Positions 27,192-35,899 of a DNA stretch of 57,734 bases are shown here, in pieces. The translations under genes were made by a program, and so were the position numbers. The notes beneath the pieces were generated by a model, which had not been told where the DNA came from, made no database searches, and worked only from the letters and a program-made list of their open reading frames with translations. Origin of the DNA: an uncultured Desulfobulbia bacterium (GTDB lineage Bacteria > Desulfobacterota > Desulfobulbia > Desulfobulbales > CG2-30-60-27); the NCBI GenBank assembly GCA_964443295.1, contig CAYUCH010000004.1, positions 1 through 57,734 on the forward strand, in the 5' to 3' direction. The number at the start of each line of letters is the position of its first letter. Positions within the stretch are counted from its first letter, which is position 1.

Positions 27192-30185
27192 ATGGAGATC
27201 CCCATGCCGGAAACCCTTGATAAAAAAATATTAGACCGTCGCATCATGCATCTTGGCCTGACCTATTGGCAAAAAATGCAAGGTGATTACCCAAGTCTCT
27301 TTGACCCGGGGTATTGGCAGGGCCAACTGCTTGACTGGGTCATGAAAGATGATGCCTTAAAGACAGATGGTTTCCGCTTTGTTGATGTACTTCCCGCCTT
27401 ACAATCCGGTGAGCAAATTTCAGAGCATGTCCGCGACTACCTTCTTAAAGAAGACCATAACTTGCCGATCTTGGTTCGCTCGGCCTTAGCCATGGCTGCC
27501 GGCGGTATTACTTCTCCACTGGCAACCGGAATTATCCGTAAAAATGTTACTGAGATGGCCAGAAATTTCATCTGCCAGCATGAGCCACAAATGATCATTG
27601 ACCAGCTTACCTCGCTGGCCCAGAACAACCTTACTTTCACAGCAGACATTTTAGGTGAAGCTACTACCAGCGAACCAGAAGCCAATATTTCCTTACAGAA
27701 ATATATGGACCTCATCGACCTGCTGGCCACGACATGTGAAAAACTGCCGGACAATGCCACACTTTACGAAAGCCATACCGGTCCTTTGCCAAAGGCCAAT
27801 ATTTCAGTCAAACTTTCAGCCCTTGAAACATATCTTGATCCGGTTGATCGTAAAGGCTCGGTCAGCCGTTTAAAAACTCGATTATTACCGCTGCTCAAAC
27901 ATGCTAAAGATAAAAATGTCTTCATTAACTTTGACCTCGAACAATGGGCCTTGCATGATATTACCTATGATCTCTTTGTGGAGTTGGCCATGGATCCAGC
28001 TCTCATTGATTGGCCCCATATCGGCATTGTCCTGCAGGCGTATCTCAAAGCAGGAGAAGATGATTGCAACCAACTGCTCGAGCTGGCAAAACGCCGGGGA
28101 ACACCATTTACCATCCGCCTTGTCAAAGGCGCATACTGGGATTATGAAGTAGTCCATGCCAGGCAAAATGGCTTCGAATGTCCGGTATGGACCAATAAGG
28201 CAAGAAGTGACTTGAGTTACGAAAATCTCAGCCAGCAACTTTTACAGAATATAGACCTTGTTCAACCTGCCTTTGCCAGTCACAATCTTCGATCCCTTCT
28301 CCATGCCATTGCAGTTGCTGAAAAACTCGATGCCCCGAAAAACAGCTATGAAATCCAAATGCTCTATGGCATGGCTGAATCCCAATGGCGTCTATTGGCA
28401 AGTGAAGGCTTCAGAGTACGTATTTATACGCCAATGGGGGAACTCTTACCCGGCATGGCATACTTGGTTCGCCGTCTGTTGGAAAACACTTCCAACAGCG
28501 GTTTTCTCCGGCAAAGCTACCATGAAGGAGTGGCAATTGAATCAATGCTTGCCCCACCCGTTCCCGGCCCGGAACTGCCTGAACCTGAATTGATGAATTC
28601 CGAAGATTTGCACAGTTCATTTTCCAATGTCAATCTCCTCGATTTTTCCGACCAGTCCATTGAGGCGAAATTCGCTGCCAATATAGATGCTATGGTTATG
28701 CAACTTCCAAAAAAAATTCCGTTGGTAGTCGCTGGCAAAAATATAACCATGCCGGCCCCAGCCAATCATGTATCCCCGAACAACCCTGAGATGATGATAG
28801 CCCAGACCAGCCAAGCAACAATTAAAGAGGCAGAAAAAGCATTAAATATAGCGGCAGAATGCTGGCCCACCTGGCGAGATACTCCCCTGAAAGAAAGGGC
28901 CACACTTTTGGACCGTGTAGGAGATCTCCTCAACAAAAATCGTTTCTCTCTGGCGGCTCTACAAACTTTGGAGGCAGGTAAGCCATGGAAGGAGGCAGAT
29001 GCCGACGTGGCCGAGGCCATTGATTTCTGCCATTATTATGCCCGTCAGGCCCTTGTGGAGCTTGGCCCACAGAAACAGGGAAATATGGCCGGTGAAGACA
29101 ATGTTCTTTTCTTTGAAGGGCGCGGCCCCACTGTGGTCATTGCACCCTGGAATTTTCCCCTGGCCATTCTATGCGGCATGACCACCGCCTCCCTAGTGGC
29201 AGGAAACACGGTGATTATTAAGCCTGCCGGGGCCGGCTGTGCCATTGCCTATGAATTCTATCAATTTCTCATGGAGGCTGGCTTTTCCGGCGAGGTTGTC
29301 CAGTTTCTGCCTGGTCCGGGGAGAGAAGTGGGAAATTTCCTGGTGGAACATCCTGGAATCAGCCAGATTGCTTTTACCGGCTCCAAAGAAGTTGGCCTGG
29401 ACATCATTGAAAAAGCAGGAAAGACACTTCCAGGACAGCCTCAGGTCAAAAGGGTGGTCTGTGAAATGGGTGGTAAAAATGCGGTAATCATTGACGAAGA
29501 TGCTGACCTGGACAGCGCGGTGAAAGGCATTATTCATTCAGCCTTTGGCTATGCCGGCCAGAAATGCTCGGCCTGTTCTCGGTTGATCATTGTAGGTGGC
29601 ATTTATGAGACATTCAAAAAACGGTTAATTGATGCCTGTAAGAGCCTTCCCATGGCAGCGGCAACGGATCCAAGCTGCCATCTTGGCCCGGTAATAGACC
29701 AGGCTGCCCATGAGCGGCTGAATACTCTTATAGAAAATCCCCCAGCAGGTGCTCAACGTCTCTTTTTAGGTGAGGCTCCCAGCCCTGGTTTTTTTATTCC
29801 ACCGGCTCTCTTTGAAACAAATGACCCATTGAATCCCATGCTCCAGGAGGAATATTTCGGCCCGGTTCTCACCATTATTCATGCCGAGGAATTTATAGAG
29901 GCCATCACCATCGCCAATAGCAGCGAGTTCGCCCTCACCGGTGGTGTCTATTCCCGCAGTCCAAGTAATATCGCCCTGGCCCGTCAGCAGTTTAAAGTAG
30001 GTAATCTCTATATTAATCGTGGTTGCACCGGCGCCATTGTCGACCGCCAACCCTTTGGTGGCTTCGGCATGAGCGGCATTGGTACCAAAGCCGGTGGCCC
30101 TGGATACCTCCGCCATTTCGCAAATCCCCGCTGCATCACAGAAAACACCATGCGCAGCGGCTTTACGCCGGATTTCAAAATGTAG
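27192..30185 (+). CDS. putA: Bifunctional proline dehydrogenase / P5C (glutamate semialdehyde) dehydrogenase
   Basis: SVKLSAL, RLVKGAYWDYE, FASHN, EIQMLYGM, YLVRRLLENT; ALDH motifs PWNFP, FTGS, EMGGKN, GQKCSACS, EEYFGP, QPFGG. No N-terminal RHH domain. Confidence 0.97.
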   Translation: MEIPMPETLDKKILDRRIMHLGLTYWQKMQGDYPSLFDPGYWQGQLLDWVMKDDALKTDGFRFVDVLPALQSGEQISEHVRDYLLKEDHNLPILVRSALAMAAGGITSPLATGIIRKNVTEMARNFICQHEPQMIIDQLTSLAQNNLTFTADILGEATTSEPEANISLQKYMDLIDLLATTCEKLPDNATLYESHTGPLPKANISVKLSALETYLDPVDRKGSVSRLKTRLLPLLKHAKDKNVFINFDLEQWALHDITYDLFVELAMDPALIDWPHIGIVLQAYLKAGEDDCNQLLELAKRRGTPFTIRLVKGAYWDYEVVHARQNGFECPVWTNKARSDLSYENLSQQLLQNIDLVQPAFASHNLRSLLHAIAVAEKLDAPKNSYEIQMLYGMAESQWRLLASEGFRVRIYTPMGELLPGMAYLVRRLLENTSNSGFLRQSYHEGVAIESMLAPPVPGPELPEPELMNSEDLHSSFSNVNLLDFSDQSIEAKFAANIDAMVMQLPKKIPLVVAGKNITMPAPANHVSPNNPEMMIAQTSQATIKEAEKALNIAAECWPTWRDTPLKERATLLDRVGDLLNKNRFSLAALQTLEAGKPWKEADADVAEAIDFCHYYARQALVELGPQKQGNMAGEDNVLFFEGRGPTVVIAPWNFPLAILCGMTTASLVAGNTVIIKPAGAGCAIAYEFYQFLMEAGFSGEVVQFLPGPGREVGNFLVEHPGISQIAFTGSKEVGLDIIEKAGKTLPGQPQVKRVVCEMGGKNAVIIDEDADLDSAVKGIIHSAFGYAGQKCSACSRLIIVGGIYETFKKRLIDACKSLPMAAATDPSCHLGPVIDQAAHERLNTLIENPPAGAQRLFLGEAPSPGFFIPPALFETNDPLNPMLQEEYFGPVLTIIHAEEFIEAITIANSSEFALTGGVYSRSPSNIALARQQFKVGNLYINRGCTGAIVDRQPFGGFGMSGIGTKAGGPGYLRHFANPRCITENTMRSGFTPDFKM

Positions 30186-30388
30186 GTATTTCCGTACGCC
30201 AGCACCTTACCAGGTAACATGGAGCGTGCGCCCCAAATGCGCAAAGCTGAACATTAATACTGTGGGTAAGTGGGGTAAGGGCAATATGTACAACGAAGAC
30301 CATGCCATGGTGTACGTGCATGGGCAACAAGTCCAAAATTGTTATCCACGATTAAATAAGATTCAAAAAAACCTATTCCAAGTGCGAC

Positions 30389-30417
30389 AAAGCCCGCTTC
30401 GTTTCAAGCGGGCTTTG
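30389..30417. terminator. Bidirectional terminator-like hairpin
   Basis: AAAGCCCGCTT-cgtttc-AAGCGGGCTTT between convergent genes. Confidence 0.7.
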
Positions 30418-30500
30418 TCGTATGCATGTGGGGTCAATAAGGGTTGGCACAACAAAAGATTTTTATTTTGAATGCTCCTATCTGCTTATTCTTGGTTGGC

Positions 30501-32162
30501 TTATTCCCTGGGTACGCATTCCAGCAGAAAACCAGGCCGACATGGATCGTATACCCCCATCAAGCTCTGGTCATCCCAGCAGTCACAACAGCACTCTAAG
30601 GTGTAGGTGCGGCCTGCTCCCTCCGGGCAGACTTCCTGTTCGCAGGCAATGGTTTGCCGCGAGCAATAAAATCCTTCAATGCAGCCAGATGGACCACCGC
30701 AGGGTCCGGTTATTTCCTCATAATCAGGGCAGGCAGCCTCATCACATTCATCTCCAATCCCATCAGAATCCGAATCGGCCTGATCAACGTTATAATCGTT
30801 GGGACAATTGTCCAGCGAATCGGCAATTCCATCTCCATCTGCATCCTCAATAGTGGGTGGAGTCTGAAACTCCGGGCTGATACAACTGGAGTCAAAAAGC
30901 GGTGTGGCAAGCGAATGAAATTGGTTTGAGGTGACGGTGCATTCCAGGGTATCAGGAAACTTGTCACCATCCTCATCCTGGCCTGTGCAGCTGTTATCTT
31001 TTTCCCTGTCCGTGTTCAAGCGCATGGGCGGCATGGTGCCGTTGGTAAATTTCCAGTATTGGACGCCGCCTGTGTATTTTTGAAATACGTCAGCGTCAAC
31101 ATAGGCGTCAAAAAGACCAGTCATACCATCGGCGTTGCGGACAGTCGCCGACTCAAATCCATAAGCCCCGGGATCAATCAGTTCGGCGACATGGCCTGGA
31201 TGCTGGGAATCTCCGGTGAAAAAGAATACCAGATGACTAGTGTGCCTGTTTGCTGAACTCACCTCTGTCATGGCTCCAGCCGCGATAAAAGCCTCGTAAA
31301 TCCTGTCCGGATGAGCAATCCATTGCCCGCCTTCAGGATTGGCGTTACGGGTTACGTAACCGCCACAATTGAGCTGGTTTGTGGGCTGCTGCTGATAGAA
31401 ACGACCGCCTTCCACATACACCCCGCCGCCGGCAACCACGTCGTCAAAAAGACTACGGCTCATGGCGTCGGTGAGTGAATTCTTGGAAAAAATCGTCCCT
31501 GCAAATTTGATGAGTTGTCCTGCCTTAGCATGGCCCGCCGGGTAATAGAGGTCATTCCCCTGGGCGTCTAACAGGATGAATTCCTTGGTGCAAGATGTTC
31601 TGGTACTCCCGTTGCTCAAAATGGATAAGGATGAAGTACCACCGGCCTGTTCGATAGTCTTTTCAATTTCAGAAATCAGATATGCAGAGGTGGGATCCTG
31701 ATCAATTCCGCTCAAGCCCCTAATGGCATGGGTGGCAGCTGACAGGGACATGTAAACATCACCGGTGCTGTTTTCTTCAAGGAAGGTAACCAAGTCTTCA
31801 ACGCCTTCGGAATACTGCATCTGTTCAAGAGCATAGGCAAACAGAAAAAGTTGGCTGTCGTGTTCCCGATTCGGAGACCCGCCAAATTTTGTCATCATCT
31901 GCACGGCTGCTTCATCACCACCGTCTATAAGATCTGCTACCTTTGGGTACAGGGTGGTAAGGTTATCACGCTTGGCGGCAAGTCCATCACCTGGGGTACG
32001 GAGCACCTCCTCCACACTGTCATCATTGTAAACATTTTCCGCTTCCTGGGCGGATGGCGACAGAGGTGTATCATCGCTATCACTGCTGCAGCCGATAAGA
32101 GGCATAATAAGGGTAAGTAAAAAAGGCAGGAGTAGAAAAGTATGTTTCTGAATAAGCTTCAT
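30501..32162 (-). CDS. Lipoprotein of unknown function with a possible papain-like Cys/His domain, a TSP3 repeat and a Cys-rich tail
   Basis: GGAGG SD before ATG 32162; lipobox LIGC; NCGGY…LVFFF…HPGHVAEL; DADGDGIADSLDNCP…NVDQADSDSDGIGDECD. Confidence 0.75.
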   Translation of the reverse strand: MKLIQKHTFLLLPFLLTLIMPLIGCSSDSDDTPLSPSAQEAENVYNDDSVEEVLRTPGDGLAAKRDNLTTLYPKVADLIDGGDEAAVQMMTKFGGSPNREHDSQLFLFAYALEQMQYSEGVEDLVTFLEENSTGDVYMSLSAATHAIRGLSGIDQDPTSAYLISEIEKTIEQAGGTSSLSILSNGSTRTSCTKEFILLDAQGNDLYYPAGHAKAGQLIKFAGTIFSKNSLTDAMSRSLFDDVVAGGGVYVEGGRFYQQQPTNQLNCGGYVTRNANPEGGQWIAHPDRIYEAFIAAGAMTEVSSANRHTSHLVFFFTGDSQHPGHVAELIDPGAYGFESATVRNADGMTGLFDAYVDADVFQKYTGGVQYWKFTNGTMPPMRLNTDREKDNSCTGQDEDGDKFPDTLECTVTSNQFHSLATPLFDSSCISPEFQTPPTIEDADGDGIADSLDNCPNDYNVDQADSDSDGIGDECDEAACPDYEEITGPCGGPSGCIEGFYCSRQTIACEQEVCPEGAGRTYTLECCCDCWDDQSLMGVYDPCRPGFLLECVPRE

Positions 32163-32506
32163 GTTCATATCCTCCAATTTTTCTAATAGAAAAGGCCAGG
32201 CAAATTCAATTGGTTCCGTGATCTTGGAATGTTTGTTTCCAGACCATGGTGTATTTATTTTTATGGTAGCAAAATTTAATGGAGAACAAGAATATATTTT
32301 AAACAGGAAAAATGAGACATTGATAAGACTAAAGATGGCAAATATTAATATCGTGCACACTATTAATGGATTTGAAATTGATACCGTTAATGTTCAGAGA
32401 TTCAGGAATACTATACTTAATTGCGAAATTCAGATGCACCATAGGTAATTGTATACTTTAAATCAAGTATGGTGTTCCCAAATTTGTGTAAGATGTAGGC
32501 TGGGAC

Positions 32507-32564
32507 AAAAAAAGGGATTACGGACAAACCGTAACCCATTTTAAAACTGGTCGGGACGAGAGGA
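32507..32564 (-). repeat. Duplicate of the tRNA-Pro 3' end plus terminator (att-like)
   Basis: 22-bp exact match AAAACTGGTCGGGACGAGAGGA at 32543-32564 and 34907-34928, each next to a related GGG.TTACG…CGTAACCC hairpin and A-tract. Confidence 0.85.
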
Positions 32565-32574
32565 GTAAAAAAGT

Positions 32575-34536
32575 TTACTCCTCAGCAGGCTTAACGAGTC
32601 GAAAGCCTTGAAACTGCCCATTATGGTCAGGCCGTTTATGGTTTCGAAAAGTCGAACGCACCCCCAGTGCGCTGCTGCCCCAGGAACCACCACGAACGAC
32701 ACGGTGGGAACCAACATTCGGACCAGTTGGATCATTCCCAGGGCTTTCTCCATAATATTTTTCTCCGTATCGATCCTCACACCATTCCCACAGATTGCCA
32801 CTCATATCATAAATACCCAGTCCGTTTGGGGCCAACGTCTCCACCTGATGTGGGCCAATACTGGAATTTTTTTCATACCAGGCCAGCTTAATCGGAGAAT
32901 TACCACCGCAATATTTCTCTTCCTTGCCGCCACTACGGCATGCATATTCCCATTCCGCCTCTGTTGGCAAACGAAAACCACCATCAATTTTCATGTTCAA
33001 TTTCTGGAGGAACTCTTGAACCTCCTCCCAAGAAACATTGTCAATCGGATAATATTCCCCTTTTTGACATTGAGAAAAATTATAATCCATCAAAAACTGC
33101 CAATGCCCCTGGGTAACTTCATGCTTCCCAATGTAAAAACTCTCAACGCACACTTCATGGACTGGTTTCTCATCGCTGTCACAGGGCCCTGCCCAATCAT
33201 CGCATCCCATTTGGAAGCAACCACCAGGGACCTCAACAAACTCTCCAACAAGTATCCTTTCTATACCTTCTGAAATTCGCCGTTGAAGCTCACTCCTCTG
33301 TTCCTCCAATATCCCCTTGGGAAATTCAGCTTTTTTGAAATTTCGACTGGCCATCAAAATTTGCTCAAGGGCCTCGTGAGTTTTACCGAGTTCTCCCAAA
33401 GACACACCCTCTTGAAATTCTTTTTCCAGTTCCTGCAAGACAACTTGGACATTAGCCTCTTCCAATTGCCTGGCTTCACGCAGAATGGCAAGGCGCTCCT
33501 TTTCTTTGCGGCGTTCTTCCTCACGCAGGATGGCAAGGCGCTTTTCTTCTTTACGGCGTTCTTCTTCACGAATTTTGGCTAAACGCTCTGCTTCTTGTTT
33601 CTGGGCTAACCTTTTTTTCTCCAGCTCATTAGCAGCTAATTCTTCAGCACGTTTCCTGGCTTCCTCTTTTTTCCTCCTCAGAACTTGTACCTCGGCCGGT
33701 TCAAGCCATTTACCCTCATACTTCTCTAAATTTCCACCAGCAAGAATGATATCGATTGTGGTGGCTTTATCTGGCAGCACCTCAACAATCTTTTTTGAAT
33801 CATAAAAACGGTTCATTCGAACCAGCACTTTTCGCTTTCCTGCAGAAACTTCCTGAAAAGTTACAGGTGTTTTTGTATCCTGCAAAATGCCGTCAATGAA
33901 TATGGAGGCTCCAAGGGGTTGACTCAGGATTGTAAGTTTACCAAGACCTCTCGTCAGAATGGCATGATAATGAGAAACTTTGTTTTCCTCAAGACCGACA
34001 GTCTCTACTCGAGGCTCATAGTACTTTTTCTCTACACGTAAAATTCGCTTGCTGGGTTCAAGTCTCATATTTTTAAAAGGGGTTTCTCCAACCATCTCGT
34101 CATCAACATAGAGAGTCGCCCCTATTGGATCACTGGTTACCGTAAGAATTGCATGCTTTTCTACAAGAACAGTTTTTTCTTTTGAATCCTCCAGCAAAAC
34201 TATCTTTTCACTCTTGGAAATCCACCAAGCAAACCCTGACCCGGCAACAATAATGAGGAGTATGGCATATAAAAAAAGGGGAAAGCCATTTTTTCTTTCC
34301 TCAGCCGCCAAAGGGGTAACGAATATCTCCTCTTCCGGAACTTCGGAACTTTCAGGTGCGCTTTCATTAATCTCTGGCCCGGTTTTTTTATCAGCAGAAG
34401 AAAGCTTTGACAATTCATCAGGAGACACCCGAAAATCAGTAAAATCGAAGCCGCACGCTTTACAGGTGATGGCGTCCTGGTCATTTTTCTGTAAACAGGC
34501 GGGGCAAGTCAGCATAAATGGAACGCTCGTTTGCAA
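32575..34536 (-). CDS. Zn-ribbon + TM + 2 PEGA + coiled-coil + formylglycine-generating-enzyme-like (SUMF1/FGE-sulfatase) domain protein
   Basis: CPAC…CKAC; TM; SDPIGATLYVD…GETP and SQPLGASIFIDG; GGCFQMG…EKPVHEV…HEVTQ…RLPTEAEWEYACR…NGLGIYDMSGNLWEWC…RGGSW…GFRL. Confidence 0.9.
   Translation of the reverse strand: MQTSVPFMLTCPACLQKNDQDAITCKACGFDFTDFRVSPDELSKLSSADKKTGPEINESAPESSEVPEEEIFVTPLAAEERKNGFPLFLYAILLIIVAGSGFAWWISKSEKIVLLEDSKEKTVLVEKHAILTVTSDPIGATLYVDDEMVGETPFKNMRLEPSKRILRVEKKYYEPRVETVGLEENKVSHYHAILTRGLGKLTILSQPLGASIFIDGILQDTKTPVTFQEVSAGKRKVLVRMNRFYDSKKIVEVLPDKATTIDIILAGGNLEKYEGKWLEPAEVQVLRRKKEEARKRAEELAANELEKKRLAQKQEAERLAKIREEERRKEEKRLAILREEERRKEKERLAILREARQLEEANVQVVLQELEKEFQEGVSLGELGKTHEALEQILMASRNFKKAEFPKGILEEQRSELQRRISEGIERILVGEFVEVPGGCFQMGCDDWAGPCDSDEKPVHEVCVESFYIGKHEVTQGHWQFLMDYNFSQCQKGEYYPIDNVSWEEVQEFLQKLNMKIDGGFRLPTEAEWEYACRSGGKEEKYCGGNSPIKLAWYEKNSSIGPHQVETLAPNGLGIYDMSGNLWEWCEDRYGEKYYGESPGNDPTGPNVGSHRVVRGGSWGSSALGVRSTFRNHKRPDHNGQFQGFRLVKPAEE
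33476..33590 (-). repeat. Intragenic 45-bp (15-aa) tandem repeat, about 2.5 copies
   Basis: RLAKIREEERRKEEK / RLAILREEERRKEKE / RLAILREA; units start at 33476, 33521 and 33566. Confidence 0.8.
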
Positions 34537-34867
34537 ACGCAGAATGTCAATTAAAGCAAGCTATGAAACTTTATAATACCTGCCATAATAATCCTGGAAC
34601 CCATTGACTGATGAAAAGTATACCAACGATTCGGATTTCGACAAACGAAAAAACCACCGTGGAATTCTGAACCTTCCGGATTTCTCCAGCCTGACAGCAG
34701 CGTTATTGAATTCAATAAAATGGTGTAAGATCAGTCTATTAGAACTGGTTTGTATAAGAGTTGTTGTTTTTTCAACACGCCGTCTGGGAAGATGGATTTT
34801 TAATAGGAAGTAGCCTGAATTTAATCATGAAAACTTCAAGATTGTTTGGCACATACAAAGTAGCACC

Positions 34868-34903
34868 AAAAAAAAAGGGGTTACGAATGAATCGTAACCC
34901 CTT
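34868..34903 (-). terminator. Intrinsic terminator after tRNA-Pro
   Basis: AAGGGGTTACGA…TCGTAACCCCTT hairpin followed by a T-run on the minus strand. Confidence 0.8.
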
Positions 34904-34911
34904 ACAAAAAC

Positions 34912-34988
<77 letters not shown>

Positions 34989-35099
34989 ACCTAAATCTAT
35001 TCAATTTTAGTGGTCTGCCTTCTTTCAGTGACAAACGAAGTGTGCTATGTAGCACGGCTTCAGTTACACTGTCAAGCAGATCGTAAAACAAATGTCACT

Positions 35100-35480
35100 T
35101 TACTTCTCAAGTATGCTTTTCAACTCTAACAACTCAGACTTTATATCCTTAAAGAGCTTCGTATCAATTCCTTTAGGAGCAGCTTTCCTGGGCTCTTTTT
35201 TTACTTCCTTTGCCACTTCTTTTTTCTTGTTAGATTCGGAAGTAAGTGCCTTCTTTGCTCCGGCAATGGTAAATCCTTGCTGGTAAAGAAGGTCATGAAT
35301 TTTCAGGATGTTTTCCACATCCACCCGACGGTATAGCCGCTGTTTTGAGGAGGCTCTTTTGGGACGGATAACTGGAAATTCCGACTCCCAATATCGCACC
35401 ACATGCGGCTTTACATTGGCAAGCTTACATACTTCGCCGATTTTAAAATAAAGCTTGTCGGGAATCGCGATCATGCACAC
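35100..35480 (-). CDS. MerR-family transcriptional regulator (ihfA-associated)
   Basis: [12 protein letters not shown]…VVRYWESEF…P.R…QRLYRR.DV…[11 protein letters not shown]; conserved position after ihfA. Confidence 0.93.
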   Translation of the reverse strand: MCMIAIPDKLYFKIGEVCKLANVKPHVVRYWESEFPVIRPKRASSKQRLYRRVDVENILKIHDLLYQQGFTIAGAKKALTSESNKKKEVAKEVKKEPRKAAPKGIDTKLFKDIKSELLELKSILEK

Positions 35481-35527
35481 TCCCTCTATTGGTCTTTAAA
35501 ACCTAGAATCCTGAAACCAAGTTACCA

Positions 35528-35818
35528 CTATCCGTTAAATCGCTCCCGAAGTTTTTTGCTGGGGCGGAAAGAAATCATACTACGCTTAGCAATGGCCATG
35601 GTCTCACCGGTACGGGGGTTGCGGCCGACACGTGGTTCTTTGTGGCGAACCGAAAAAGTCCCGAACTGCACGATTTTAATGGGTTCTTCCTGGATCAATG
35701 CATCGCGCATGGCATCAAAAAATGTATCAACAATCTGTCTGGAACCACGTTGGGAAAATCCCATTTTCTCATGGACGGCTTTAGCCAAATCTTTACGTGT
35801 CAGATTGGAACGTTTCAA
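35528..35818 (-). CDS. ihfA: Integration host factor alpha subunit
   Basis: LTRKDL…FGTFSVRHK.PRVGRNPRTGE…ISFRPSKKLR; directly after pheT. Confidence 0.92.
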   Translation of the reverse strand: MKRSNLTRKDLAKAVHEKMGFSQRGSRQIVDTFFDAMRDALIQEEPIKIVQFGTFSVRHKEPRVGRNPRTGETMAIAKRSMISFRPSKKLRERFNG

Positions 35819-35899
35819 TTCTGCTCACCTCATATTTAATACAACAAAAGTTGCACAAAGTTTTCACAAAAGCGTGGATCGAAAAAACTATACAATCGA

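Noticed and set aside
30186-30390. Possible small gene or relic downstream of putA
   Set aside because: No convincing RBS, motif or similarity in any frame.
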